Assembly: GCA_965203445.1 (NCBI GenBank)
Contig: OZ241883.1
Span: forward strand, 1,760,001-1,824,000
From: Candidatus Oxydemutator sp.
GTDB taxonomy: Bacteria > Pseudomonadota > Gammaproteobacteria > Poriferisulfidales > Oxydemutatoraceae
Direction: 5' to 3'
DNA length: 64,000 bases
A program made the translations under genes and the position numbers. The notes beneath the pieces were generated by a model. The model was not told where the DNA came from. It ran no database searches and was given only the letters and a program-made list of their open reading frames with translations. Position 1 is the first letter of the stretch; every line of letters begins with the position of its first letter. Shown one piece after another: positions 14,601 through 26,600 of this stretch.

Positions 14601-17600
14601 CCCGTGGCATTTCGGCAACTCGATGCAGTATCCGGTACTGCAATACGGCGGTTTGGACGTTGATCTGCAACGGCGCCTGCTGCCGCTGACGGCGAGGTTG
14701 CGGGTAGTGTCGGTGCCGGCGCATGGCGACACCTACCGCGCCGGCGAGACGATCCGGATGCGTGCTTCGTATGGTCGGGATGACGTCAGGGTGCCCGCCG
14801 ACGCGGTATTAAGAATAGCCATCGGCAACAGCACGGTCAGCGCGACGGTGGTTGCGGTCGCCGGCAGCACCAGTGCGACGGACTTTGTGTACGTAGTGTC
14901 CGAGGGGGACGAGGACGGGGACGGCATCAGCGTATCGTCGAACTCACTGCTCGGTTCTTTCTACACGACGGGCCGTGGCAGCACGAGCGGCGTGTCGCAC
15001 GGCGTGTTGTCGGCGCAACCAAGCCACAAGGTACGTGGGAGGCCGGAGGTGTGCGGCCGCACTCCGCAGGTTCGAGACGAGATCATGGAGCAAGCGGGCG
15101 TATCGAACTGTGCGCTGGTCACGATGGAACATCTGTCCTCGATAACAACGCTGAATCTGATGAGTCAGAGTATCAGCACGTTGAAGGCGGGTGATTTCGA
15201 CGATTTGGTCAATCTATCCTATCTGGGTCTGATGAAGAACCAGTTGACGGTTTTGCCGGACGGTCTGTTTTCGGAATTGCAGAGTTTGCGGACGTTGCAC
15301 CTGTATTGGAACCGATTGACGAGTCTCTCGACGGGGACGTTCGCTGGTTTGAGCAATCTGGTGGAACTGAATCTGGAAGAGACTCATTTGTCGAGCATAG
15401 CCGCGGGAACGTTTTCCGGTCTGAGTAGATTAGAGTCTCTGGATATTAGCAACAATAGATTGTTGGAACTGCCGACCGGTTTGTTTTCGGAATTGAGCAA
15501 TCTGGTGGAACTGAATATGAGAAGCAATCGTTTGTCGAGTATAGCTGCGGGGACGTTTTCCAGCTTGAGCAGTTTGGAGTCTCTGGATATAAGAAGCAAT
15601 CGTTTGTCGAGCATAGCTGCGGGGACGTTTTCCAGCTTGAGCAGCTTGGAGTCTCTGGATATAAGAAGCAATCCTTTGCCGAGTATAGCTACGGGGACGT
15701 TCTCCGGCTTGAGCAGTTTGGAGGTTCTGAAGATAGGCAACACTCATAGGTTGTCGGAATTGCCGGCTGGTTTGTTTTCGGATTTGACGGAGTTGCGGGT
15801 ACTGAATTTATGGCATAACCGTTTTACAAGCCTTCCGTCGGACACGTTTGCAGGTTTGGTCAATTTGAGTCGCATAAGTCTGAATCACAACCGTTTGGCT
15901 AGTCTGGAATCGGATTTGTTTTCCGGTTTGAGGAGTCTGACGAGTATGCGCCTGGACAACAACCGCCTGACGAAGTTGCCAGCGGGGATATTTGACGGTT
16001 TGAATATGGCGGGGTTGCATCTGTCCCGCAACACGAGTCGTCCGGTGATGATGGAAGTGTATCCGGAGTTGTCAGGGTCTGGTTTCCGCGTGCGGATAGA
16101 CGAGGGAGCGCCGCGTGCGATGCGCGTGAATTGGGCATTGTCGGGCGGTATGAGCAGCACGGGCATGGCGATGATAGCGGCGGGTGCGCGGGTGAGCAGC
16201 GTGACGCAGGTATCGGCGGCGCCTCGTGAGGTGGTGATCACGTTGAGCGGCCCGGTACTTGCGGGCGTGTCCGAGGCGACGGACGAAGACCGCCTTGCAG
16301 GCCATTATGATGGTTTTCGCTTGTCGGTGGCGTCGACGCCGAGCGTGGCGATAGCGGGGACGTCGCCGATGTTTTACGAGGGAGTGCCGGCGCAGGGTTA
16401 CCTGCGGGGCGAGGCAATAAGCGAATTGCAGTTGCCGAGGGCGCGCGGCGGTCGTGCCCCGTTGCGCTACGGCCTGTCGCCGCCAATGCCGGAGGGTTTG
16501 GTGTTCAGCACGGCGACGCTGATCATTTCGGGGACGCCGATGGAGGTGCAGAGTGCGACGACCTACACGCTGACGGCGGTGGATGCGGATAGCAAGGAGG
16601 CAACGCTGCAATTCAGCATTGCCGTGACGGTGAATGACTACGACAAGGACAACGATGGGCTTATCGAGGTGAGCAATCTGGCGCAGCTGAATGCGATACG
16701 CTGGGATCTGGACGGCGACGGCAGCAGCCCGACTGACGCAAGCGCCTACACGGCAGCATTCCCAGGTGCGACGACAGGAATGGGTTGTCCGACCGCGGGC
16801 GGTTGCATAGGTTACGAGTTGGGTGAGAGCAGCGCAAGCGCAGTGTCGCTGACGTTCAACACGGGCGATCCGAGCACCCGCACGGACGATGAGTATTACA
16901 ACGGCGGCGCAGGTTGGGAACCGATAGGCAGTGGCGCGAGTAATTCCTACTCCGGCGTTTTCCGAGGCAACGGGCACGTCATCTCGGACTTGTTCATCAA
17001 TCGCTCAAGCGACTATGTCGGCTTGTTCGGCTATTTGAGTTCTGCGGGCAAGTTGGAGGATGTGGGGTTGGCGAACGTGGGCGTCAGAGGGCGTAGCATT
17101 GTAGGTAGCATGGTGGGCCACAGCAGAGGAACGATAAGCGGCAGTTTCGCGACGGGCACGGTCATCGGAAGGTCTATTGTGGGTGGTTTCGTGGGGGTCA
17201 ACTATAGTGGGATAAGCGGGGATGGTACGATAAGCGGGAATGGTACGATAAGCGAAAGTTATTCGATGGGTTCAGTCCGTTCTATGGGCGGTGGTTCTAT
17301 AGGCGGCCTCGTGGGGGACAATTCTGGAGAGATAACTGCCAGCTATGCGATGGGAGCGGTTAGAGGAAGTAGCGTTTATGCATATAGAGGTGTTGTAGGC
17401 GGCCTCGTGGGGTACAATGGTGGAAAGATAACCGCCAGCTACGCGACGGGGGCGGTCAACGGAGGAGTACATTCTATTATGGGCGGCCTCGTGGGGTACG
17501 ATCCTATTATGGGTGGCCTCGTGGGGTACAATAGTGGAGATATAACTGCCAGCTACGCGACGGGAGTGGCCAGAGAAAGTTCTGGTATATATAGAGATTA

Positions 17601-20600
17601 TAGAGATATTATAGGTGGCCTCGTGGGGCGCAATCCCCCTTCTGGAGAGATAACCGCCAGCTACTGGGATACCGACACTTCTGGTCTCGACGGCAGTGCT
17701 GTCGGCATAGGCAAAACCACCATCGCATTGCAAACACCGACCACCTACATTGGCATTTATGCCGACTGGAACGTGAACGTGGACGGCAGCACCGCGACCG
17801 GCGTAGGTGGCAGGGACGCCCCGTGGGATTTCGGCAACTCGATGCAGTATCCGGTATTGCAATACGGTGGTTTGGACGTTGATCTGCAACGGCGCCTGCT
17901 GCCGCTGACGGCGAGGTTGCGGGTGGTGTCGGTGCCGGCGCATGGCGACACTTACCGCGCCGGCGAGACGATCCGGATGCGTGCTTCGTATGGTCGGGAT
18001 GACGTCAGGGTGCCCGCCGACGCGGTATTAAGAATAGCCATCGGCAACAGCACGGTCAGCGCGACGGTGGTTGCGGCTGCCGGCAGCACCGGCGCGACGG
18101 ACTTTGTGTACGTAGTGTCCGAGGGAGATAAGGACACGGACGGCATCAGCGTGTCGTCGAACTCACTGCTTGGTTCTTTCTATGCGACGGGCCGTGGCAG
18201 CGCGAGCGGCGTGTCGCACGGCGTGTTGTCGGCGCAGCCGGGCCACAAGGTGCGCGGGAGGCCGGAAGTGTGCGGTCGCACTCGACAGGTTCGAGACGAG
18301 ATCATGGAGCAGGCGGGCGTATCGAACTGCGCGCTGGTCACGATGGAACATCTGTCCTCGATAACGACGCTGAATCTGATGAGTCAGAGTATCAGCGCGT
18401 TGAAGGACGGCGACTTCGACGATTTGGTCAATCTATCCTATCTGGGTCTGATGAAGAACCAGTTGGAGATCTTGCCGGCCGGTTTGTTTTCGGAATTGCA
18501 GAGTTTGGGGACGTTGCTTCTGTATTGGAACCGATTGACGACTCTTTCGACGGGGACGTTCGTTGGCTTGAGCAATCTGACGGAACTGAATCTGAGAGAT
18601 AACCATTTGTCGAGCGTAGCCGCGGCAGCGTTTTCCGATCTGAGCGACTTGGAGTCTCTGGATATTAGCTACAATCATTTGTCAGAATTGCCGGAAGGTT
18701 TGTTTGCAGGTTTGGTTCATTTGCGTCACTTGCACATGAACAACAACCGCCTGACGGAGTTGCCTGTGGGTATATTTGACGGTTTGAATTTGGAGACGTT
18801 GCATCTGTACCGCAACGCGAGTCGTCCGGTGGTGATGGACATGTATCCGGAGTTGTCAGGGTCTGGTTTCCGCGTGCGAATAGACGAGGGAGCGCCGCGT
18901 GCGATCCGCGTGAATTGGGCATTGTCGGGCAGTATGAGCACGGGCATGGCGATGATAGCGGCGGGTGCGCGTGTGAGCAGCGTGACGCAGGTATCGGGCG
19001 CGCCTCGTGAGGGAGTGATCACGTTGAGCGATCCGGTGCTTGCGGGCGTGTCCGAGGCGACGGACGAAGACAGTCTTGCAGGCCGTTATTCCGGCTTTCG
19101 CTTGTCGGTGGCGTTGTCGGCGCCGAGCGTGACGATAACGGGGACGTCGCCGATGTTTTACGAGGAGGTACCCGCGCAGAGTTACCTATGGGGTGAGGCG
19201 ATAAGCGAGCTGCGGTTGCCGAGGGCGCGAGGCGGTCGTGCACCGTTGCGCTACAGTCTGTCGCCGACAATGCCGGCGGATTTGTCGTTCAGTACGGCGA
19301 CGCTGATCATATCGGGGACGCCGATGGAGGTGCAGAGTGCGACGACCTACACGCTGACGGCGGTGGACGCGGATAGTAAGGAAGCGACGCTGCAATTCAG
19401 CATTGTCGTGGCGGATGACTACGACAAGGACGGCGATGGTCTTATCGAGGTGTATAGTCTGGCGCAGTTGAACGCGATACGCTGGGATCTGGACGGCGAC
19501 GGCAGCAGTCCGACTAACGTGAGCGCCTACGCCGAGGCGTTCCCAGGCGCGGCGACAGGGATGGGTTGTCCGACCGCAGGCGGTTGCATTGGCTACGAGT
19601 TGGGTGAGAGCAGTGCAAGCGCGGTGTCACTGACGTTCAACACGGGGGATCTAAGCACCCGCACGGACGACGAGTATTACAACGGCGGCGCGGGCTGGGA
19701 GCCGATAGGCGGTGGTGCGGGGATTTCCTACGCTTTGGATCAGTTCTGGTACTACCATGGTGGTTCCAGGCTTACTAGAGGTGTGGACCCGATAGACGGT
19801 GGCTTGGGGGATTCCTACTCTGGCGTTTTCCGGGGCAACGGACATGTCATCTCGGACTTGTTCATCAATCGATCAGAAGGCAACGATGTTGGCTTGTTCG
19901 GTCATTTGAGCTCTGAGGGCCAATTGGAGGACGTGGGATTGGCGAACGTGGACATCATGGGGCGGTCCCATGCAGGCAGTTTGGTGGGTTACAACAGAGG
20001 GACGATCAGTGGCAGTTTTGCGACGGGAACGGTTGCTGGAAGTTGGGGCAATTCCATAGGGGGCTTAGTGGGAAGCAACGTTGACGGTACGATAGACAAG
20101 AGCTACTGGGTGGGTTCAGTCGCTGATTGGGGTATGGTGAATCCTTACTCCATAGGAGGCTTAGTGGGGAACAACGTTCGTGGCACGATAGGCGAGAGTT
20201 ATTCGATGGGTTCAGTTGGCAGGGTGACGTATGGTCACTATATAGGCGGTTTCGCAGGGAGAAACTATCTAGGCATGATAAGCAAGAGTTATTCGATGAG
20301 TTTAGTCAGGGCGGACAGTCGCAGCGTAGGCGGCTTTGTGGGAGGCAACATTGGCGGTTCGATAAGCGGGAGCTATGCAACGGGTTCAGTTATCAGAGAA
20401 GGGTTGAGGGCAGGTGGGCCGAGGAGGGATAGCTTTTATGGTGGTTTTGTGGGGAATAACTATGACGGTGGAATGATAAGCGCAAGTTACGCGACGGGTG
20501 CAGTTAGGGGAGCGTATCAAAACGTCGGTGGTTTCGTGGGGTACAACAATTACGGTACAATACGCAGCAGCTATGCGGTGGGCGCCGTCAGCGGTAACAA

Positions 20601-23600
20601 TAATGTGGGTGGTTTTTTGGGATGGGGCATCAATGAAGGGATATGGGATATCGACCCCTATACGAGGTCGTTTATATGGGCACCTTCCACAGGGATAACC
20701 GCCAGCTACTGGGATACCGACGCCTCTGGCCTCAACAGCAGTGCCGGCGGCATAGGCAAAACCACGATCGCACTACAGACACCAACCACCTACACTGGTA
20801 TTTATGCCAGTTGGAACGCGGACGTGGACGGCAGCACCGCGACTGGCGTCGGTGGCAGGGACGACCCGTGGGATTTCGGCGACTCAACGCAGTATCCGGT
20901 ATTGCAATACGGCGGTCTGGACGTTGACTTGCAACGGCGCCTGCTGCCGCTGACGGCGAGATTGCGGGTAGCGTCGGTGCCGGCTCGTGGCGACACCTAC
21001 CGCGCCGGCGAGACGATCCGGATGCGTGCTTCGTATGGTCGGGATGACGTCAGGGCACCGGCCGACGCGGTGTTGAGAGTAGTCATCGGTGGCAATGTGG
21101 TTGCCGCGACGGTAGTTGCGGCTGCTGGCAGCACCAGTGCGACGGACTTTGTGTATGTGGTGTCCGAGAGGGACGAGGACACGGACGGCGTCAGCGTGTC
21201 ATCGAACTCGTTGCTTGGTTCTTTCTATGCGACGGGTCGTGGCAGCACGAGCGGCGTGTCGCACGGCGTGTTGTCGGCGCAATCGGGCCACAAAGTGCGT
21301 GGGAGACCGGAGGTGTGCAGCCGCACTCGACAGGTTCGAGACGAGATCATGGAGCAAGCGGGCGTATCGGACTGCGCGCTGGTCACGATGGAACATCTGT
21401 CCTCGATAACGACGCTGAATCTGATGAGTCAGGGCATCGGCGCGTTGAAGACGGGCGATTTCGACGGTTTGGTCAATCTATCTTATCTGGGTCTGATGAA
21501 GAACCAGTTGACGGCCTTGCCGGATGGTTTGTTTTCGGATTTGAGCAATCTGGTGGAATTGAATATGAGAGGCAATCGTTTGTCGAGCATAGCTGCGGGG
21601 ACGTTTTCCAGCTTGAACAGTCTGGAGTCTCTGGATATAAGAAGCAATCGTTTGTCGAGCATAGCTGCGGGGACGTTTTCCAGCTTGAGCAGTTTGGAGT
21701 CTCTGGATATAAGAAGCAATCCTTTGCCGAGTATAGCTACGGGGACGTTCTCCGGCTTGAGCAGTTTGGAGGTTCTGAAGATAGGCAACACTCATAGGTT
21801 GTCGGAATTGCCGGCCGGTTTGTTTTCGGATTTGACGGAGTTGCGGGTACTGAATTTATGGCACAACCGTTTTACAAGCCTTCCGTCGGATACGTTTGCA
21901 GGTTTGGTCAATTTGAGTCGCATAAGTCTGAATCACAACCGTTTGGCTAGTCTGGAATCGGATTTGTTTTCCGGTTTGAGGAGTCTGACGAGCTTGCGCC
22001 TGGACAACAACCGCCTGACGAAGTTGCCAGCGGGTATATTTGACGGTTTGAATATGGCGGGGTTGCATCTGTCCCGCAACACGAGTCGTCCGTTGATGAT
22101 GGAAGTGTATCCGGAGTTGTCAGGGTCTGGTTTCCGCGTGCGGATAGACGAGGGAGCGCCACGTGCGATGCGCGTAAATTGGGCATTGTCGGGCGGTATG
22201 AGCACGGGCGTGTCGGTGATAGCGTCGGGTGCGCGGGTAAGCAGCGTGACGCAGGTATCGGCAGCGCCTCGTGAGGTGGTGATCACGTTGAGCGGCCCGG
22301 TACTTGCGGGCGTGTCCGAGGCGACGGACGAAGACCGCCTTGCAGGCCATTATGATGGTTTTCGCTTGTCGGTGGCGTCGACGCCGAGCGTGACGATAGC
22401 AGGGACGTCGCCGATGTTTTACGAGGGAGTGCCGGCGCAGAGTTATCCGCGGGGCGAGGCGATAAGCGAATTGCGGTTGCCGAGGGCGCGCGGCGGTCGT
22501 GCACCGTTGCGCCACAGCCTGTCGCCGTCAACGCCGGAGGGTTTGGTGTTCAGCACGGCGACACTGATCGTTTCGGGGACGCCGGCGGAATTGCAGAGTG
22601 CGACGACCTACACGCTGACGGCGGCGGATGCGGATGGTAAGGAAGCGACGCTGCAATTCAGCATTGCCGTGACGATGAATGACTACGACAAGGACAACGA
22701 TGGTCTTATCGAGGTGGGCAATTTAGCGCAGCTGAACGCGATACGCTGGGATCTGGACGGCGACGGCAGCAGTCCGACTAACGCGAGCGCCTATGCGGCG
22801 GCATTTCCAGGCGCGACGGCAGGGATGGGTTGTCCGACTGCGGACGGCTGCATAGGCTACGAGTTGGGTGAGAGCAGTGCAAGTGTGGTGTCGCTGACGT
22901 TCAACACGGGGGATCCGAGCACCCGAACGGACGACGAGTATTACAACGGCGGTGCAGGTTGGGAACCGATAGGCAATGGCGCGAGTAATTCCTACTCTGG
23001 CGCTTTCCGAGGCAACGGGCACGTCATCTCGAACTTGTTCATCAATCGAACAAGCAATTATATCGGCTTGTTCGGCTATTTGAGTTCTGCGGGCAAGTTG
23101 GAGGATGTGGGATTGGCGAACGTGGACGTCAGGGGACGACAGCAGGTAGGCAGTTTGGTCGGGTACAGTGGAGGGACGATAACCGCCAGCTACGCGACGG
23201 GCGTGGTCAGCGGGACATCTTATGTAGGCGGCCTTGTGGGGAGCAATTCTGGAGAGATAGCCGTCAGCTACGCGACGGGCATGGTAAGTGGCACTGGATG
23301 GCATACAGGCGGCCTCGTGGGAACCAACTACAGTGGCGTGAGATCTAACGACGGTGGAACGATAACCGCCAGCTCCGCGACGGGCGCGGTCAGCGGAACA
23401 TATGATGTAGGCGGCCTCGTGGGATCCAACGGCGATGGAACGATAACCGTCAGCTACGCGACGGGCGCGGTTCGCGGGCGTATGTGGGTAGGTGGCCTCG
23501 TGGGGAGCAGTGGCCTATATGGAAATGGAAAGATAATCGCCAGTTACGCGACGGGCGTGGTCAGCGGGAGGGGGAGTGTAGGCGGCCTTGCGGGGAGCAA

Positions 23601-26600
23601 TTCTGGAGAAATAACCGCCAGCTACGCGACGGGCGCGGTCAACGGGAGAGGGAATAGTGTAGGCGGCCTTGTGGGGGACAACCATGGAGAGATAGCCGCC
23701 AGTTACGCGACGGGCGCGGTCAGCGGGACATGGAATGTAGGCGGTCTCGTGGGAAACAACGACGGAAAGATAACCTCCAGCTACGCGATGGGCGCAGTCA
23801 GCGGGAGCGGGACATATAAATATAATGTAGGTGGCTTTGTGGGGCTCAATGGTGGTAGAGGGACGGTAACCTCCAGCTACGCGACGGGCGCAGTTAGCGG
23901 GACAAAGTATGTAGGCGGCTTTGTGGGGGGCAATGCTGGAGAGATAACCGCCAGCTACGCGACGGGCGCGGTCAGCGGGACACTTTATGTAGGTGGCCTT
24001 GTGGGGTACGGTTATAATTCTGGAGAGATAACTGCCAGTTACGCGACGAGTGTGGTCAGCGGGACATGGATTGTAGGCGGTCTCGTGGGGAGCAGCTTGG
24101 GAACGATAACCGCCAGCTACTGGGATACCGACCTCTCTGGTCTCAACAGTAGTGCCGGCGGCCTGGGCAAAACCACGATCGCATTGCAGACACCGACCAC
24201 CTACACCGGCATTTACGCCGACTGGAATGTGGACGTGGACGGCAGCACCGCGACCGGCGTAGGTGGCAGGGACACCCCGTGGGATTTCGGCAGCCCAACG
24301 CAATATCCGGTACTGCAATACGGCGGTCTGGACGTTGACTTGCAACGGCGCCTGCTGCCGCTGACGGCGAGGTTGCGGGTAGTGTCTGTGCCGTCGCATG
24401 GCGACACCTACCGCGCTGGCGAGACGATCCGGGTGCGTGCTTCGTATGGTCGAGATGACGTCAGGGCGCCTGCCAGCGCGGTGCTGAGGATAGTCATTGG
24501 CCGCAGGGCGGTAAGCGCGAGGGCGGTTGTGGTCGCCGGCAGCACCAGCGCGACGGACTTTGTGTATACAGTGTCAACGGTGGACGCGGACACGGACGGC
24601 ATCAGCGTGTCACCGAACTCACTGCTTGGTTCTTTCTATGCGGCGGGTCGTGGCAGAACGAGCGGCGTGTCACACGGTGTGCTGTCGGCGCAACCGGGGC
24701 ACAAAGTGCGTGGCGTGAGAAGATACTCCAGTTTGCAATTGCCGCCGCCGACGCCGAGTGTGACGATAGCGCGCATAGAATCGTCTGTCAGGACGACGAT
24801 AGACCACGACCAGGATAACGACGGCCTGATAGACGTTGATACGCTGTCGGAGTTGAACGCGATTCGTTGGGATCTGGACGGTGACGGCGTCGCCGACACC
24901 ACGGCCACGGCCGCCGCCTACGCCGAGGCCTTCCCCGCAGCCGTCGCGGGCATGGGCTGTCCCGCTTCGGGTTGCATCGGTTACGAGTTGGTCGCCGCTC
25001 TCGATTTCGACACCGACAAAGACCGCGTAGTCGAGGCTACCGACGCCGGCGGCGCCTACTGGAACGCTGGCGCCGGCTGGTTGCCCATCGGTGCATTCAA
25101 CGCGGTGTTCGACGGCAACGGTCATACAATAGCGAACCTGTATATCAACCGCGGCACGGACGAGACTGGTTTGTTCGGCGACAATATGGGCACTATAGAG
25201 GGCGTGGGTCTCGTGGCCGCGAAAGTAACGGGCGGCGTTCGCACCGGTGCTCTGGCGGGCAAAAACCGCGGCACGATCCGCGCGAGTTACGTGACGGGCA
25301 AGGTGACGGGCGAGGGCGGTTTGCTCGGTAGTGCCTACGGCGGCGCCGGCGGCTTGGTGGGGAGCAACGAAGGGGGGACGATCATAGCGAGTTATGCGCT
25401 GGCGGAAGTCGGTGGCATAAGGATCGCCGCCGGTGGCTTGGTGGGCCGCAACAATCACGAGATCATAGCGAGTTACGCATTGGGGTGGGCGCGTAGTACG
25501 GCGACGCTGTCTTCCGCCGGCGGTTTGGTGGGCAGTGACGCGAGTGCTCTACGCAGCGGTCGGGCGCGCGTGACGTCGAGTTACTGGGACGTCGAGACGA
25601 GCCGGTTGTCGGAAAGCGGCAGCGGCAGCAGCAAGACGACGGCGCAGTTGCAGACGCCCACGGGTTATACGGGCATATACTCCACCTGGAACGTGGACGT
25701 GGACAACGCCGACGGCGGCGGTTACGGCTATGCGGGCGCGTTGGCGAGCGGCGGCGACGATCCGTGGGATTTCGGCACGTCGTCGGAGTATCCGGTGCTG
25801 AAGTATGACGGCTTCGACGTGGAACGCCAGCGCCGTCTGTTGCTGCCGGGGGTGACGGTGCAGGCACGCGCGTATTTGCAGGGGGCGTATGACGCCGCCG
25901 CCAATGCGATGAAGACTACGTATTTGCAGTATCTGCCGTCGGGGCAACCGTACGGAGTGTCGCCGTGGCGCCATGCGACGACGGCGACGGTTCCGCACGT
26001 ATCGGGCGACTTCGGCTTGTCCGCGGTGACTTCGACGGTGGTGGATTGGGTGCTGATCGAATTGAGAGCGACACCGAAGGGTGCGTCTGCATCTTCTGCG
26101 ACGTCGTCGCTGGCGATTGGCAGACAGGCGGCGTTGCTGTTGCGCGACGGCGTCATAGCAGGCATGGACGCGCGCGCGACGACGGCGGTGGATGCGCTGC
26201 ACGGAGGTTTTGTGCACTTCCCGGTGGCAGTGAACGCCGCGGTCGAAGATATATACGTGCTGATTCACCACCGCAACCACCTGTCGGTGATGTCGCCGCT
26301 GCCCGCCGGCAGTTGCGAGGGCGCCGATTATTGCGTTGACTTCACGAGCGCGCAATCGCATCAGAACGGTCAACGTGCGCTGTCGAGCGATGCGTATGCA
26401 ATGTATGCCGGCGACGTGAACCGCGACGGCGTCATCACCACCGCGGATGGTTTGCGTATTACCGCGGCGACACCGGTGGTCATTGGTGCCGCGCATTACG
26501 GCGCCGCCGATGCGGCGGGCGGCTACGTCATTGATCTGGATTTGGACTTCGACGGCGAGGTTATGCAAGACGACGCTCTGTTCATCACGAACCATGGCGC

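Larger units (their letters stand above)
9085..24715 (+). repeat. Intragenic tandem module C (Ca-motif, GLUG domain, Ig-like, LRR, Ig), 5 copies spaced 2.1-3.8 kb apart (the 5th lacks the LRR part), then a divergent 6th GLUG module from about 24802
   Basis: gactacgacaaggac occurs at about 9085, 12796, 16636, 19417 and 22681. Near-identical flanks (TRTDDEYYNGGAGWEPIG; GKTTIALQTPTTYTGIYA...DVDLQRRLLPLTARLRV) surround variable cores. Confidence 0.92.

Noticed and set aside
188-26595. Many antisense and alternate-frame ORFs within the giant gene (e.g. 12235-14724, 23515-24399)
   Set aside because: Shadow ORFs that mirror the repeat structure and codon bias of the real gene; no protein motifs.
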